Shown here: positions 12,300 to 26,599 of the stretch, one piece after another
Layout: every line of letters begins with the position of its first letter
Numbering within the stretch: the first letter of the stretch is position 1
NCBI RefSeq assembly: GCF_006345805.1
Contig: NC_042999.1
Location: forward strand, 143,468,001-143,532,000
DNA from: Octopus sinensis
Lineage: Eukaryota
Direction of reading: 5' to 3'
Length of the DNA: 64,000 bases
The notes under the pieces: generated by a model
What the model was told of the DNA's origin: nothing
The model's database searches: none
What the model saw: the letters and a program-made list of their open reading frames with translations, nothing else
Translations under genes and position numbers: made by a program

Positions 12300-13410
12300 A
12301 ATACTCAGTTTTAGCATAAATATTAAGGATCTTGAGATAACGACTGCAAGCTGCGTAGAGGTATACCACTCAGTATATTACAAAGTAAAAGAGACATCTA
12401 TCTTGTCTTCACCTCTAAGACCAATTCTTTACAGACTGCCACCGTCTGATGACCTTATAGATCATCCAGCTACTGCCTAATCTAGGCCATCCACCATATA
12501 ATCATGTATTGCTCAACTACCTCCCAAAACCTATGACACTTCAAGTCAGCTTGCATGTTGTAGCGCCGCAGCTTATATACTATTCCTGGAAGTGAATATA
12601 TTTCTTTCCAGAGCCATCCAAAACAGCTAGGTTGTGGGTCGAAGCAATACCCACCAGACATAACTCATCATGCTGCTCACATATCTAAGGCCCATAACCT
12701 CAATATTCCACATGGTTCACATCAGCAGTACTGAAACTGTCAGGTGAAGAATACAGTCTACATGTGTAAAATCTCACTAACTTCCACTAACTGGGCGGGT
12801 TTTACCCATCATTACAACTTCTGCAAAACATAGCGTACAAGTTCTCCTATTTTCCAGCTAGTCCTTGTTGTCTCTTACCAGAAGTATCTCTACCAATTTT
12901 GCGCAGTTCTAACACTCACTCTTCAATCATAATGATACCGAAAGTAACACTCATGTAGAAAAAGCTTCTACATTGGCTGCCCTCCAACTCTACAGGACAC
13001 AACCAAAAAGACTCCTCCAAAATTTTTCTTTTCTTTTCCCACCACATACACAATACACCAAATATGAAAACTCCTCCCATTGCTTCTTAGTATTAATGCC
13101 ACCGGTCAATCAATGACCTTCCCATGATTCACAAATATTGTGTATAGAGCTAACCTCTACCCGTACAAAATTCACCAATATTTCTGCCTCTACAGAAGTC
13201 TACTCAGATCATTTGAAGCATTCTAAAGTTTGTCCCATCAAAGACTAGATTCAGGCTTTTGAATCTCCCAACTGCTATCCTATTGTTTTTGTTTCTAACA
13301 TTTTAGAAGTGATAGAAATAACCGTAAACAACCATTTTCTCCAATCCCTTCAGTTCTTCTTATCCCAAGTATGGATTCCGAAGAGACGGATCTGTTGGGG
13401 GTCCTTTAAA
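12300..13410 (+). mobile_element. Highly decayed LINE (endonuclease/RT N-terminal region)
   Basis: Remnants reading like WKHSKVCPI, NxxPI, QYGFR-R-GS near 13210-13400; no long ORF. Confidence 0.4.
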
Positions 13411-13682
13411 AGATAATCCGTGTGAGCATACTCAGAAAAAAATTCCCAGTATTCTATTTTTGAGTATAACAAGTTGTCTCCTCACAGTTCATAGGCCCCG
13501 ATTTGATTTTGATATCAATTTGAAATTATTTGACTCCACTGATTTCACTAATGACGCTGAGTAACTAATAAATGGACGCCACATCATTCTACAGTCCGAT
13601 GTTCTTCTTCCCTTGTGTCTTGTAACAAAAAAGAAAGAGAGGAGGAGAGAGGGGCAGAGTTATATAGATAAATAGATGGATG

Positions 13683-13744
<62 letters not shown>

Positions 13745-14698
13745 GGGGGGGAGAGAGAGAGGGGGGAGAGAGAGAGACTATATCAGTTACAAGAGACATG
13801 CATATAGTTAAGTTCCAAGAAATCTGAAATGAAACCGTGACCCAATTTCGCTAACGTAATTTCCCTCGTTATTATTGTTTATAATCGGTTAATATATGTG
13901 TGCATGTATGTGAATTAGGTTATGAATCTGTGGAGCTGTAAAGAACTGAGGTGTGCGATTAATACAGCTCTACGGATTTATAACGTAATTCACACACTTG
14001 CACAAACAGCAACCACATCCACATACATGCACAAACACAAACATTTATCTGTGTTTATGCATATATACACAAATATATACGCACATACGTATGTGCGTGT
14101 ATACATACTGATAAAGGATAAATTATTATCCCACGCACTAACGGCAAAAAAGAGAGATCAGGTGTTTCCATCAAAATGCATTCAATCTTACCGGTTTGAA
14201 GATAGGGGTAAAATGGTGCTAGGGCACTTAGTCTTTTTCCAAAGAGGAAGCAAAAAGCGTAAGCTAAACACCTTAGAAAAACTGCTGTCCATAAAAACAA
14301 ACACTTCATCAGAGTGAGTTTGCCTTGTCAGGTTATGATACATGAGGTATCGGGCCAGTTGTTTTGTCGGCATCAAACTCAGTGTTGACCAAGTTTTCAA
14401 ACCCTTCTTTTCCAAAGTGAGAATCAAAAATCTTGTATCGTTTGACTCAATGTAAAATGATAGCAACACATTAAAAGTTATGATTTTTAACAAATTTTGA
14501 TTAAAAATGTTGCTTTTACTTTTCTTTTTGAAACTAACTTTGCTTAAAACACACAGGTCACCCTCTGCATCTTTTATCCACTGATATAAACTCTTCAGCT
14601 CTCAATCGCCATTATAAAATTTAGATTTACATTTTTGTCACTTCCGCCCACCAGTGTAACTTTATCTGCCATGACAATATTATTATAGGAATTATTAT

Positions 14699-15317
14699 AA
14701 GACGGTGAGCTGGCAGAAACGTTAGCACGCCGGGCGAAATGCTTAGCAGTATTTCGTCTGCCGCTACATTTTGAGTTCAAATTCCACCGAGGTCGACTTT
14801 GTCTTTCATCCTTTCGGGGTCTATAAATTAAGTACCAGTTATGCACTGGGATCGATGTAATCGACTTAATCCATTTGTCTGTCCTTGTTTGTCCCCTCTG
14901 TGTTTAGCCCCTTGTGGGTAGTAAAGAAATAGGTATTTTGTCTGTCTTTACGTTCTGACTTCAAATCCCACCGAAGTCGACTTTGCCTTTCATCTTTCGA
15001 GGTCGATAAATTAAGTAACAGTTGCGTACTGGGGTCGATCTAATCGACTGGCCGCCTCACCCAAAATTTCAGGCCTTGTGCCTAGAGTAGAAAAGATTAT
15101 TATAAGGCGGTGAGATGGCAGAATCGTTAGCACGCCGGGCGAAATGCTTAGCTGTGTTTCGTCTGCCGCTACGTTCTGCGTTTAAATTCCGCCGAGGTCG
15201 ACTTTATCTTTCATCCTTTCGGGGTCGATAAATCAAGTACCAGTTGAGTACTGGGATCGATGTGATCGACTATCCTCCTTCCCACAGAATCCAAGCCTTG
15301 TGCCTATAGTAGAAAGG
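14699..15317 (+). mobile_element. SINE family A three-unit array flanked by a 14-bp direct repeat
   Basis: Heads at 14699 and about 15104, headless unit at about 14935; attataggaattat at 14682-14695 and 15318-15331. Confidence 0.88.
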
Positions 15318-15652
15318 ATTATAGGAATTATAATTTCTAAAGGATCGGAAGAAGTATGGCGCACGTACAACAAGAAGAAATCAAAGTACTTTCACATTTC
15401 ACTATTTTAGAACTTTAGACGTTTCTTTAACTATTTCACCAATTCTTTCATTTCTATTTCATATTTCACTATTTCATAAGTTTCGATCCTTTAAATTTTT
15501 TTAAAAAGGACTCCCTGAATAATGCCATCCGATCTATATAAATATATATAAAAAGAAACGAGACAATATACACGTATGTGTGAATACACACACACACCTA
15601 TATATTTACATGTACACACAAACACCTACACATATACACACGCATATATATA

Positions 15653-16495
15653 TTGGGTCATCCCATAAATAATGCGTTTTTTTTCAATTGAATGAATCAA
15701 AAGTCGGAGGGAGACAAGATAAACTACCTGCATTAACTTGCTATAAAAGTAAGTAGCAATTTTACCTTGTGCTTATTCTTAGTGCAAGTTTTGAAGAGTG
15801 CAGTTCGATTTTAACAGTAATTTTTTCAAAGCTATAATGGAAGTGACAAAGGAGCATATATGTGGATCTGACAATAAGCGTAAGCCAGTGTCAACAGTGG
15901 TTCCAGAAATTCCAAGCCAGAAACCACAGCCTAGAAGACGAGAATCGTTCTGGAAGATCTGTAGAGCTTGACGAAGACGTTCTGTAAACCCGGGTGGAAC
16001 AACATCCCATCGTAACTGTTGAGGAACTAGTAGAGAAGCTTGCATTTGGTTATTCAACCGTTCATCGATACCAGCATTAGAAGAAAAACGACCACTTTTG
16101 GTTTTATGACGAAAGGTGTTCTATCAGGATAATGCTCGGCCATATACAACGATGATGACATTCCAAAGGCTTGGGCAGTTTGAATAGGAAACGATGCCCC
16201 CCACCTACCATATTCGCCGGACATTGCCCTATCTAATTATCATTTATTCTGCAGTCTTCAAAATCATTTGGACGGTAAAAATATGAATTCTGTAGACGCG
16301 GTCAGAACAGTACTGGAGGAGTATTTTTCAGCACGGGTAAGTGAATTTTGAAAGAGGAGCCTTGCAGATCTACCAGATAGATGGAAGAGTATTTCAGAAA
16401 ATGAAGCAGAGTATATTTTAGATTAAAAAAGAACTTTTATCTTAACTCTGAAAAATAAAAGGATAAAAAAACGCATTATTTATGGGATGACCTAA
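15653..16495 (+). mobile_element. Internally deleted mariner element with TIRs and TA target duplication
   Basis: TA-ttgggtcatcccataaataatgcgttttt ... aaaaacgcattatttatgggatgacctaa-TA; transposase relics DNARP and PPYSPDIA.S.YHLF. Confidence 0.9.
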
Positions 16496-17840
16496 TACAT
16501 ACATTCATACATAGATATTCACATTTCAAAAGTAAACAGACACCCTTCATTATAACATTTTATCTGTGCAGACACTATTCATTAGTACGGCACCTAAACT
16601 TGCCTCTTTTCTCCGTTCATGAATAGTATAGAAAAATGTACTAAAATTCTTATTCATATTTGATCCTATCGAGTCTTTGTAATATTTAAACTTATTTAAG
16701 TTCTTTTGATTTACACTGTATTGAGAATAGATTTTTATTGTTTACTTAGTATGAACTCCGAACGGCATGCTTTAAATGCAAGATGATCCAAAATGGAAAG
16801 TTTTACTGTGGGCTTCGTTAGATCAGCTGAAACTGGAAGAGAGGGCTTGCTCAACGAGTCGGATCGAAGATATTGCAACAACAACTGAAAAACGGTTGCA
16901 ACAATAACAAAAATAAAAATGACCACTAACCTATTTCAGACCCTAAACACCATCCTACACCATTTGCATTCAGCCATTTATTGATTTACAGTCACCTATT
17001 CAAAACTATAATTTACTTCAGTTGACTTACTGCTTCATCTAGTGAGAATCATATAATCAACCTACACTCACATGATCATTTCTCCTGTTCATTACTCCCC
17101 CTGTTAAATCCATCACATTCACATACTTATATCTCTTCTGTATCTCCTGAGGTCAACTCATACCACATTTTTCATCAGCTTTGTCCAGACACCCTATTCT
17201 TATCATGTTATTGACTCCTACATTTATCTCGTTACCTTTCGAAATGCTTCTATCTATTCAAATACACTCACAATCATTATTTCCTATCCTGCTACATTCA
17301 TTCTAACCACATCTCCACTTTTAACTCCTGCAACTCCACTCCATTCTTTAACCGCCTTCACTGAACAACCTTTTCAACCATCGCAAGCAAACAAGGGAGC
17401 CTCTGCGTAGTAGCATAATCTATTAGAAATAGAAACTAAGTCTCGTTTAAATCACATTGTACTATCCTATGTAAAGAAAGAACACATTGGATTATGCCAT
17501 TCTAGGTCAGTTGGATCACAGTTGATTTGGATCTAAAACCAATAAACTGCAACAACTATAAAGTCTGCATCTCCCCTCATCTTGATCAAGTATTCAAAAA
17601 CACCTACACTCACACGTCCAAACTACACACGGACACTTTATTTTTCAAACACCAAGATCTATTGATATTATATTTCTCTATCATCAATCAATGTCCACGC
17701 TTCAGTCTCCGCATTCCAAACAGCAGCTTGTTTACATTCAGTGAAATACAAATATACGTAAACTAACGGCTATAAACAGAATCAAAATTAATCAAATCCA
17801 GATGGCAATCAAACACATCTCTCATTACACCCACCCACAG

Positions 17841-17891
<51 letters not shown>

Positions 17892-17997
17892 TTCTCTTTC
17901 ATAACTCACAATGTTGTAAGTTTTCCATATATAAAAATGAGTTTGTCGTGAGAGTACACGATATTACAAAATACATCCAGATACATAGAAACACACA

Positions 17998-18038
<41 letters not shown>

Positions 18039-19189
18039 TACATACATACATACATACATACATACATGTATATATATATCACACACACACACGCACACAC
18101 ACGTGCATATCGCTCCTTTTATAAGTCCAAGCGACTCTTCGCAAGAGGAAAATCAAGCAGTATATCTATCTATCTTTATACATACATATCAATCTATCTA
18201 TGCATACATACATGCATGAGAATACATACATGCATACTTACATACATACATACAAAAATACTCCGTTGTTAATGTTGAAATTCCAATGACGGAGCCTTTA
18301 AACTAGGTTAAAAAGCGGTTCTTTCTCTATTGGCAAAAAATCTTGAAATAAACTGAATAATGACATACATACATATATACATACATACATACATACAGAC
18401 ATACATACATACATACATACATACATACATACATGCATACATACATGCATGCATGCATGCATGTATGTTCTCTTCTGTTATTAATTATCTAAATTATTCC
18501 TCTGAATAAGGAGCAGCTTTCTAACGAAGGTACAAAGCTCCATTATTGGAATGTAAATAACAAAAGCAATGTCACATTTTAAACCTGATAAAGTTTGGTG
18601 TATTTTCACTGTTCCACTTACAGATTGTATTTGTAATGTGCGATTTTGTTGGTTGATTTCTTTTTCTGAAAATCTTAGCTCCTCCAGATTATCACTTTGG
18701 TATTTACTCACAAAACAAGTGCACCGGTTATTATTGGTATAATGTGAATTTATAATCTGCATATAGGAGCTGGAGGTTTCGAAGCAGTTGTTTATAGTTA
18801 TCCTCTTTCTCTTTGATTTTCAAAGCGATATTCACATCAACAGGACAGCTGACCTCCATGTCAGTATACACTTTTACGCGTCTCTCCCGAACAATGATAT
18901 CCGGCCGGTTATGTATACACTTAACAGATATGAATGTTCTTCCACTATTCCTTGTATTGATGTTTGTGTATGTATTCGATAACAGTGTATGGTTCTCTAT
19001 ATTTATTCAAGGACAGTCTTTCCGAATGGCGATGCATATTGATTTTGCGACAACGTCATGTCACATAGGGAGGCAGTACCTTGATGACATTTTTGGGCAG
19101 CTGTTAATGACATGTGATGTCTACCATAGAAATGTGACATAATCTACATTTTCGATTGCATTTTGGAGCTTCAATAGCTTCAGTGTCTC

Positions 19190-19760
19190 TTTTGTTTATT
19201 CAATATTGCGTAGCAATCTCCTATTCTGGGATTGCAAATGCATAACCTTCGAAGTGTGATGTAATGTAGCGGTCACGAATTCAAAAGAGGCTGCACTTCG
19301 TGCTGTTGTTTAGGAAGTGTTGTCTGAGAGAGATTATACATTTGAAGGCTGACTGCACTGATCTCAAGCCTCTACTACTTTCATCTCTTCTTAGATACAG
19401 TCTGTCGATATCACTATTTATATGGAGATTTCCAGTTGATGTCAATATCTTACGGGTTTTAACATCTGTTGATTGAGTGGATTTCCTCATTAACCTAGTC
19501 AAGTATCCCAAATGTCGATATATGCACTGGTACTGCAAATGCATTGTGGGATATTGTTTTGTTGTAAGAGGAGAGTTCTAACTACATATTTTTCTAATAT
19601 ATTCTCGGGTCGCTCTATCTTTATTCACTGTACCTTCATATGATAAGTTTTCATCAATGCCTAGGAACTTGTAACATTCTTTCTGTGGAACAGGGTGGAC
19701 AGTGAGACCATTGATGCTCTGGTTTTGGGTCTGGGGAACTGACTTTCCACGTTCAATAGT
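19190..19760 (-). mobile_element. RLE-type (R4/NeSL-like) LINE RT/thumb fragment
   Basis: ECYKFLGIDEN and LHINSDIDRLYLRRDESSRGL motifs. Confidence 0.7.
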
Positions 19761-20779
19761 GAAATATAAACATTTCTGTATGTTTATATGTGTCTGTGTG
19801 CAAGTGTATGTATACAGGGTGCGATGGATAAATTGTCGGACTTTTATATTTTTAATTTCACTCATGCGCATTGTTTGTTTTTGATTTTGTCGATTATACA
19901 GTATAGTAGGGTCAGTTGGGTACCGTCTGTGAGAAAATCAGCATCATAATGCAATTCACTCTACCAAAATTTTAGAAACAACATACTGTGCACCAATACG
20001 AACATTTCAGAATGTCATTTTTTCCCTTTTACAACTTGCTTGTAAATTTCCGATTTTTCCCTATTACCCCATTTGTTTTCTCCCTTATTATATCTTAATT
20101 TAAATTACTTTGCTTTATTAAACCTTTTCTGGTGTCCTCCCCAAAATTCTTCACACTGATGAGAATAACAATGCATAAATTTAATTATATTTACTATGAC
20201 TATTAATTTTTTTCTTACATATTTGTATTGTCCTTTGAAACGCGCGAATGTATTTAATCCAATTTTGTATTAAAACTAATTTTGATTCAACTTATTTTTC
20301 TCCTCCATTTTTCGATAATTGTGTGAAGGCGTGTGGATTTGTGGTTACGATGTTTCACTCAATATATAACAACATTTGATAGAGTGGTCGGTCATCTGAT
20401 ATATATTAGACTTCCAAACAACCATCATGGTGATACATACATAGGATTTATCTTAATTTCTCCTAGATTTCCTCTATATTTCACAACTAGTAATACTACA
20501 ATGTATTGTGGTTATTTATACATTATATATGAAGGAGACTGGAATATGATAATCTAAGCGTAACATTAGCAGACGTACACTATTTGTACACACAGCATAC
20601 GCTATATATCTATACATATATATGTACATACATATATAATACATACATACATACATACATACATACATACATACATACATACATACATACATACATACAT
20701 ACAAGCATGCATACATACATACATACATACATACAAATATATATACATACATACAAACACACACAAATGCATACACACA

Positions 20780-20880
20780 CTGTCGGAGAACTATGCTTGA
20801 AATGTCAAAACTCTTTTTACCGAGCGTCAAACTAATACATTCCATGTGTACGTCCTCTTGTTTTGTTATTATTGTCATGT
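20780..20880 (+). mobile_element. Degenerate copy of family M hammerhead-like element
   Basis: ctgtcggagaactatgcttgaaatgtcaaaac followed by gagcgtcaaactaatac as in the other copies. Confidence 0.5.
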
Positions 20881-20903
20881 TTAATGTTTCATTTTCGATT
20901 TGC

Positions 20904-20973
<70 letters not shown>

Positions 20974-20994
20974 GTATATATATACACACATATT

Positions 20995-22312
20995 CACTTG
21001 AGGAAAATGACTTGCTGACTGCCACCCAACATGGTTCCCGACCAGGAAGAAGCTGCTTGACTCAGCTCTTACAACTCTATGACTGGGTGTTGAAACAGCT
21101 GCTCATCCACTTTGCAAAGGCATTCAGTAAAGTCGATCATGGAATGATATGTCACAATCTGCGTGATCTCGACATAGTATGGAAATTGGGAGATGGCTGC
21201 ATAACTTTCCGAAGGATAGAAGTCTGGTGGTAGTAGCCAATGGAGCCACTTCCGACACGCAAATAGTGAGCAGTGTTCCGCAAGGCACTGTTCTGGGACC
21301 ACTACTGTTCGTAATAGTCCTCTCAGCCACTCACAGAGCCACGATCACAAGTTATGCAGATGATACAAATGTCTCGTAGGTGATACAGAACCCTGAAGAC
21401 GCTATGTACCTGCAATGTGAGTTGGATGAAATATACAAGTGGGCTGGGATGAATAGCATGCAGTTTAATGCTGAAAAGTTTTAAGCTTTGTGCTATCAAC
21501 ATGCAAAACTAAATGCAATACCAATTAAATACACTGGACCTGGGGGGATTGCAATCCCAGAGATACAGTCACTGCGAAATCTGGCCATTTACATGAGTAA
21601 TGATGCATCCTTCCGTGTACATGTTGTTAAGTTGGCAATGAAATGCAGGCGGCTAACCGGATGGATTCTCAGAACTTTTAGAACGAGAGATGAGGAAACC
21701 ATGATGGTCTTCTGAAGGATATTTGTCCTAAGCTGCTTTAACTATTGCTCCTAGCTATGGTCACCAGCCAGTGTAAAATGAATTGAAATTCAACAAATCT
21801 ACACGAAGAAGATAGCCTCTATGCAACATATAAGCTACTAGAGAAGACCCAAGAGATTGAGACCCTATTCCCAAGAATGTAGGCGGGAAAGATATGCCAT
21901 AATATACATCTGGAAGAACCTAGAAGGACTTGTCCCAAACTTTGGCATCAAGAGTTACACTAATGAACAGGGCGCCACTGCATAGTGCCAAAGTCTCTAA
22001 CTTTGTCATCAAGATATAAGACAAAATATTGCAACAGCCTGGGCTTTAAAGGCCTACAGCTCTTCAATATCCTCCCAAAGGATCTGAGAGACCTACATGG
22101 GGTGGATGTGTCTTCAAAACGAAACTAGACCTCTTATTCCAGATGAACCAACTTCACAGCAGGACGTGCAGATGAGGGTACCAGCATCAAATACCCTCAT
22201 GCACTAAACGTCAATTTCTAAAAAAAAGAGTAAAGTAAAACTATGTAACAACACCAAATGGCGGTGCCCCAGCATAGCCACACCTCATGAGCTGAAACTA
22301 GATCAAATCAAA
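20995..22312 (+). mobile_element. 5'-truncated, decayed CR1/L2-type LINE (family L) with intact 3' end
   Basis: QHGSRPGRSCLTQLL, SSVPQGTVLGPLLF, SYADDT; 3' end ggcggtgccccagcatagcc...gagctgaaactag. Confidence 0.88.
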
Positions 22313-22332
22313 TATATGTGTATATGTGTGTT

Positions 22333-22390
<58 letters not shown>

Positions 22391-22439
22391 ATGAAATTAA
22401 AAGAGGAAAATATGCACACTTTACATAGTTTTAATATAA

Positions 22440-23360
22440 TTTTTAATAGATCGACCGGTTAAAAAGATAAAAGTTTGTTATGCGTGCATATTAAGACGTG
22501 TTCTGTATTTTTCAATGATAAAAGTTTCTTTATTTAAACGTTCTTGTGGAGAGATGGTGTCTTTGCACTGGTAGAAGGAGAAGACTGTGAAATTTGGTTT
22601 GATGTTATCTGCACATTTTTCTATATGTTCACTGAGAGGAATTTGCCTGTATTGCGGGAAACATATTTTCCTCTTTATGTAGAGTGGTTCTCATTCTCAA
22701 GGTCATATTCCTCTGTGCAATATAGTTGTGTCCGCAACCCGAGCAGGTTATTAGATAAATTAGGTTCTCAGAGGCACAAGGGAAACTAGTTTTAATTATG
22801 AACCTCTGTCCTTGTTTGAAAAGGAAATCCGAGACTGCAGGTAGTTTGGGCAGGTTCCACTATTTGGGCGTCCATATTTTTTAACCGTTGGTTTCGTGGT
22901 TGTTTTGTAAAGCTTCGCATTTGTTAGTAGTCTCTTTAGTGATTTTTCTTGCTTTTTGCATTTGATGAGTTTGTGTGTTTTCAGGATGTCATTCATTTTT
23001 GGATCTCTAGTTAGTAAAGGAAGATTTTGCACAATAGTGTTGAATGCCTCACTGTTTCTGGGGTTGTGTGCTTATATAAATAGTAATGTTTTGAGATGAG
23101 GTGCGATGTTATGTTTTGTTGTTCTTAGTGTTTTTATGTGTAGGTTTTTGGCCTGTTTAATTCCCTCGTCTATAAGTGAGGGTGGATATTGTCTTTCAGT
23201 AAGCGTTGTTTTGAGATCTTGAAGACGAAGGTCCCGAGTTGTTCTATCAGACACTTGTGCGAAATGTGCACGCCCAAACTGTGGAACCTGCCCCAACCTA
23301 CTTGAAGGTCGGATTTCCTTTTCAAACAAGGACAGAGGTTCACAATTAAAACTAGTTTCA
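22440..23360 (-). mobile_element. Penelope-like element fragment (thumb, CxxC linker, GIY-YIG) with an inverted piece at its 5' side
   Basis: LTERQYPPSLID, GRPN(S/C)GTCP, ENLIYLITCSGCGHNYIA; 23268-23358 (+) is an inverted copy of 22786-22872. Confidence 0.85.
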
Positions 23361-23435
23361 GAAAAACAAATGACGAAGTCAGGTGGATAAACAACAAACA
23401 GGTGTATTAGTTTGACGCCGGGGAAGGTGAGAGGG

Positions 23436-23475
23436 TCTTTTACGTTTCGAGCTTACGCTCTTCAACAGGAAAAGA
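23436..23475 (-). ncRNA. Minimal hammerhead-like motif (family M, best copy)
   Basis: UCUUUUC-CUGUUGA-A-GAGC(GUAA)GCUC-GAAA-CG-UA-AAAGA, next to the PLE fragment. Confidence 0.6.
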
Positions 23476-23556
23476 GAATCAAAAACTTTTGGAGTTAGCG
23501 ATCAACCATGGCGACTGCATACATATATATGTATATGTATATGTATATATATATAT

Positions 23557-23603
<47 letters not shown>

Positions 23604-23622
23604 TATATAATATATATATAAT

Positions 23623-23667
<45 letters not shown>

Positions 23668-23699
23668 ATGTATATGTATGTATATATATATATGTATTT

Positions 23700-24332
23700 T
23701 TTTTTCTAGTTTCAGCTCAGAGCTGCGGCCATGCTGATGCACCGCCGTTTTGTGCTACACTGTTATTACGACGAACCTCGTCTAATATGTGGCACTTGGA
23801 GAAGAATGGAGTTTGATACAGCTACTCTCATTTGCACCTCTTGCTGTGAGGTAGGTTCATTTGGGACTCTTGACAGGAAGATGTCCAGCTTTGATTTAAA
23901 AACCGCTACATCTACTTTGTGCAAGTTCCTCAGACTCTTTGGGAGAATATTAAAAAGCTGTGAGCCCTTGAAACCCAGGCTGTTGCAGAAGCTGGTCCTG
24001 AAGCGTGATGGCATTGCTGGGATCTTTGGCACTATGCAGTGTCGTCCCGTTCTAGCATTGGTGTAGCTTACAATGCCAAAATTTGGCACAATTCCTTCCA
24101 GGATCTTCCAGACATATATTACTGCATACCTCTCCCGTCTTCTCTCCAGGGAGTAGAGTCTTAGCTGTTTCAGCCTTTCCCAGTAGCTGAGCTGTTGCAA
24201 AGAGACGATCTTCTTTGTGAATCTTCTCTGGATTGCTTCAAGGTCCGCTGTTAATTTTACACTGGTGGGTGACCATAGCTGTGAGCAGTAATCCAGGCGA
24301 CTGAGGACGAATGTCCGCCAGAGGACCATCAT
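23700..24332 (-). mobile_element. 3' fragment of LINE family L (188-aa ORF2 C-terminus open)
   Basis: VLSRLDYCSQLWSP, LYSLERRRERY; same 3' tail as 22260-22312; poly(A)-like end. Confidence 0.9.
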
Positions 24333-24466
24333 GTGTATATATATGTATATATGTATATCTATATATATATATATATATTTCTTCTGGATGAAAGAAATCT
24401 CTGAGCTGATGAAGGAAAAGTGGCGTTTAACCCACGAATCCAGAAACAGGCTGTTCTCGGGTATCT

Positions 24467-24500
<34 letters not shown>

Positions 24501-24580
24501 ATATATATACAGATAGACAAATAGATAGATAGATAGATGTATATATAAGTATTTATGCATGTATGTATATGTGTGTGCGC

Positions 24581-24621
<41 letters not shown>

Positions 24622-24903
24622 ATCTCTGAGTGCATTGTTTTTCTGGCCATCAAATGCGCATGTAAGTGCTTGTAAACGTGTTGTCTTCATCAAGGACGTT
24701 CATCGTGTGCGTTGCTGTTTCCATCGTCTGTTTACACTATAGCAAAGAGGCCAATGTTACGCGAAAATAGCTGAACTATCATAAACACAATTACGTACAG
24801 TTTGCTACGGGAATAACTATTTAAGTGTGCTTAAATAGCTGAAACAACATTGAAATAGAATTTTATTGTATCTTACGGAAATGATATGGCCTATATATAT
24901 ATG

Positions 24904-24986
<83 letters not shown>

Positions 24987-25337
24987 GTAAAAAGTGAAAA
25001 AACTACAGAAGGCTTAAAGGTTAAAAAATATATATTTAAGTCAATATGTCTGAAGAATATTAAAAAATTTTTTCTTACAATGACATAGTTTAGAAGAAAG
25101 ACCGGTTTCGCGTTTAGCTTTTCAAATTTCTAACGTCGTTATGTTTATGTTGAACAGAGTTATCGTTATGTTTATGTTTAAAAGAGTTCTAAAAAGATTT
25201 ATATATATATATAAATCTTATCTTCATAAAAGTTAATCTGTACTCTACTAATAAATATTGAGTGATTCTTGATTATAAGGTTAGACTGTTTTTATACATA
25301 ACTTCTCATAAGAACTAACATCAAGGCTCGATAGCTC

Positions 25338-26587
25338 CAGGTATTGGACAAAATAAAGAAAATACATAGCAAATAGCATCATGATTTTTAAATATCTATA
25401 AAACTGTCAAAAGCTAGATTATTTTAATGTTTTTTTCTTATTATTAGTGTTGCTTTATATGCTTTGCTAAAATTACTTTTTTTTTTCAGAAATCATCAGA
25501 AACAGGTAATTAAGATTCATTGGAATGACAGATCTATCGGACTTTCAAAAATGTCAAATTGTTGGTGCTCGTAAAATTGCAGGTGCTAGCGTAATGAAAA
25601 CAGCCGAAATGTTTGGTGTATCAAGAAGTACTGTCTCGAAAGTAATGACAGCTTTTGAGAAAGACAGAAAAACCTCCTCATCGAAACAAAACTCCAGAAG
25701 AAAACCAAAACTTTCAGATAGGGACTGTCGGACTCTTACGTAAATTGTTAGAAAGGATCACAAAAGTACAGCTCCCAAAATTACTGCAGAGCTTAATGAC
25801 CACATCCAGAACCCGATTTCCACAAAAACTGTTTGCCGGGACCAATTTCACGAGAGGGCTGCAATCAGAAAACCACTACTTTCAAAATCAAACGTTGCAA
25901 AGCGTTTAGAGTGAAGTAAAATCCTACAGAATTGGCCCCTAGAGCAGTGGAAGAATGTTATTTTCTCGGACAAGTCATTCTTTACCTTATTTCTGACCAC
26001 CGGCCGAGTATACGTGCGGAGACACCCAAAAAAGCATTTGACCCAGTCACTGCCTTCTTCCAACTGTTAAACATGGAGGAAGATCTGTGATGATCTGGCG
26101 GGAGGGCGGGGGCTATATCTTGGAAATCTGCCGGCCCAATGGTTTCCCTGCATGGTATAATTAATAGTCAAGACTATTTAAGTATTTTATCTGATCAAAT
26201 TCATCCTATGGTTGCTGTTCCCGGAGAGAAACGCAATCTTTCAGGATGATAATGCACCAATTCACACAGCTAAAGTTGTTACTGAAAGGCATGAGGAACA
26301 TCTTATCTGGCTACCACAGTCTACAAATCTCAATATTATAGAACATTTATGGTACCTTTTAGAAAAACATGTAAGGAGTTGATATCCTCCACGATCATCA
26401 CTACAAGAACCGGACACTGTTTTAACTGAAGAATGGATAAAAATTCCTTTGGAAACAATTCAAACTTTGTTCGAGTCCATACCTTGCAGAATTGAAGCAG
26501 TAATTAGTACCAAAGGTGGTCCCACCCCATATTAAAATAAATTTGTTTGAAATATGAAGGTGTTTCCATTATTTTGTCCAACCCCTA
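25338..26587 (+). mobile_element. Decayed Tc1-like DNA transposon
   Basis: MTDLSDFQKCQIVGAR HTH, FSD, FQDDNAPIH, NLNIIEHLW; left caggtattggacaaaataa and right ttattttgtccaacccct ends are inverted repeats. Confidence 0.9.
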
Positions 26588-26599
26588 TGTGTAATAATC

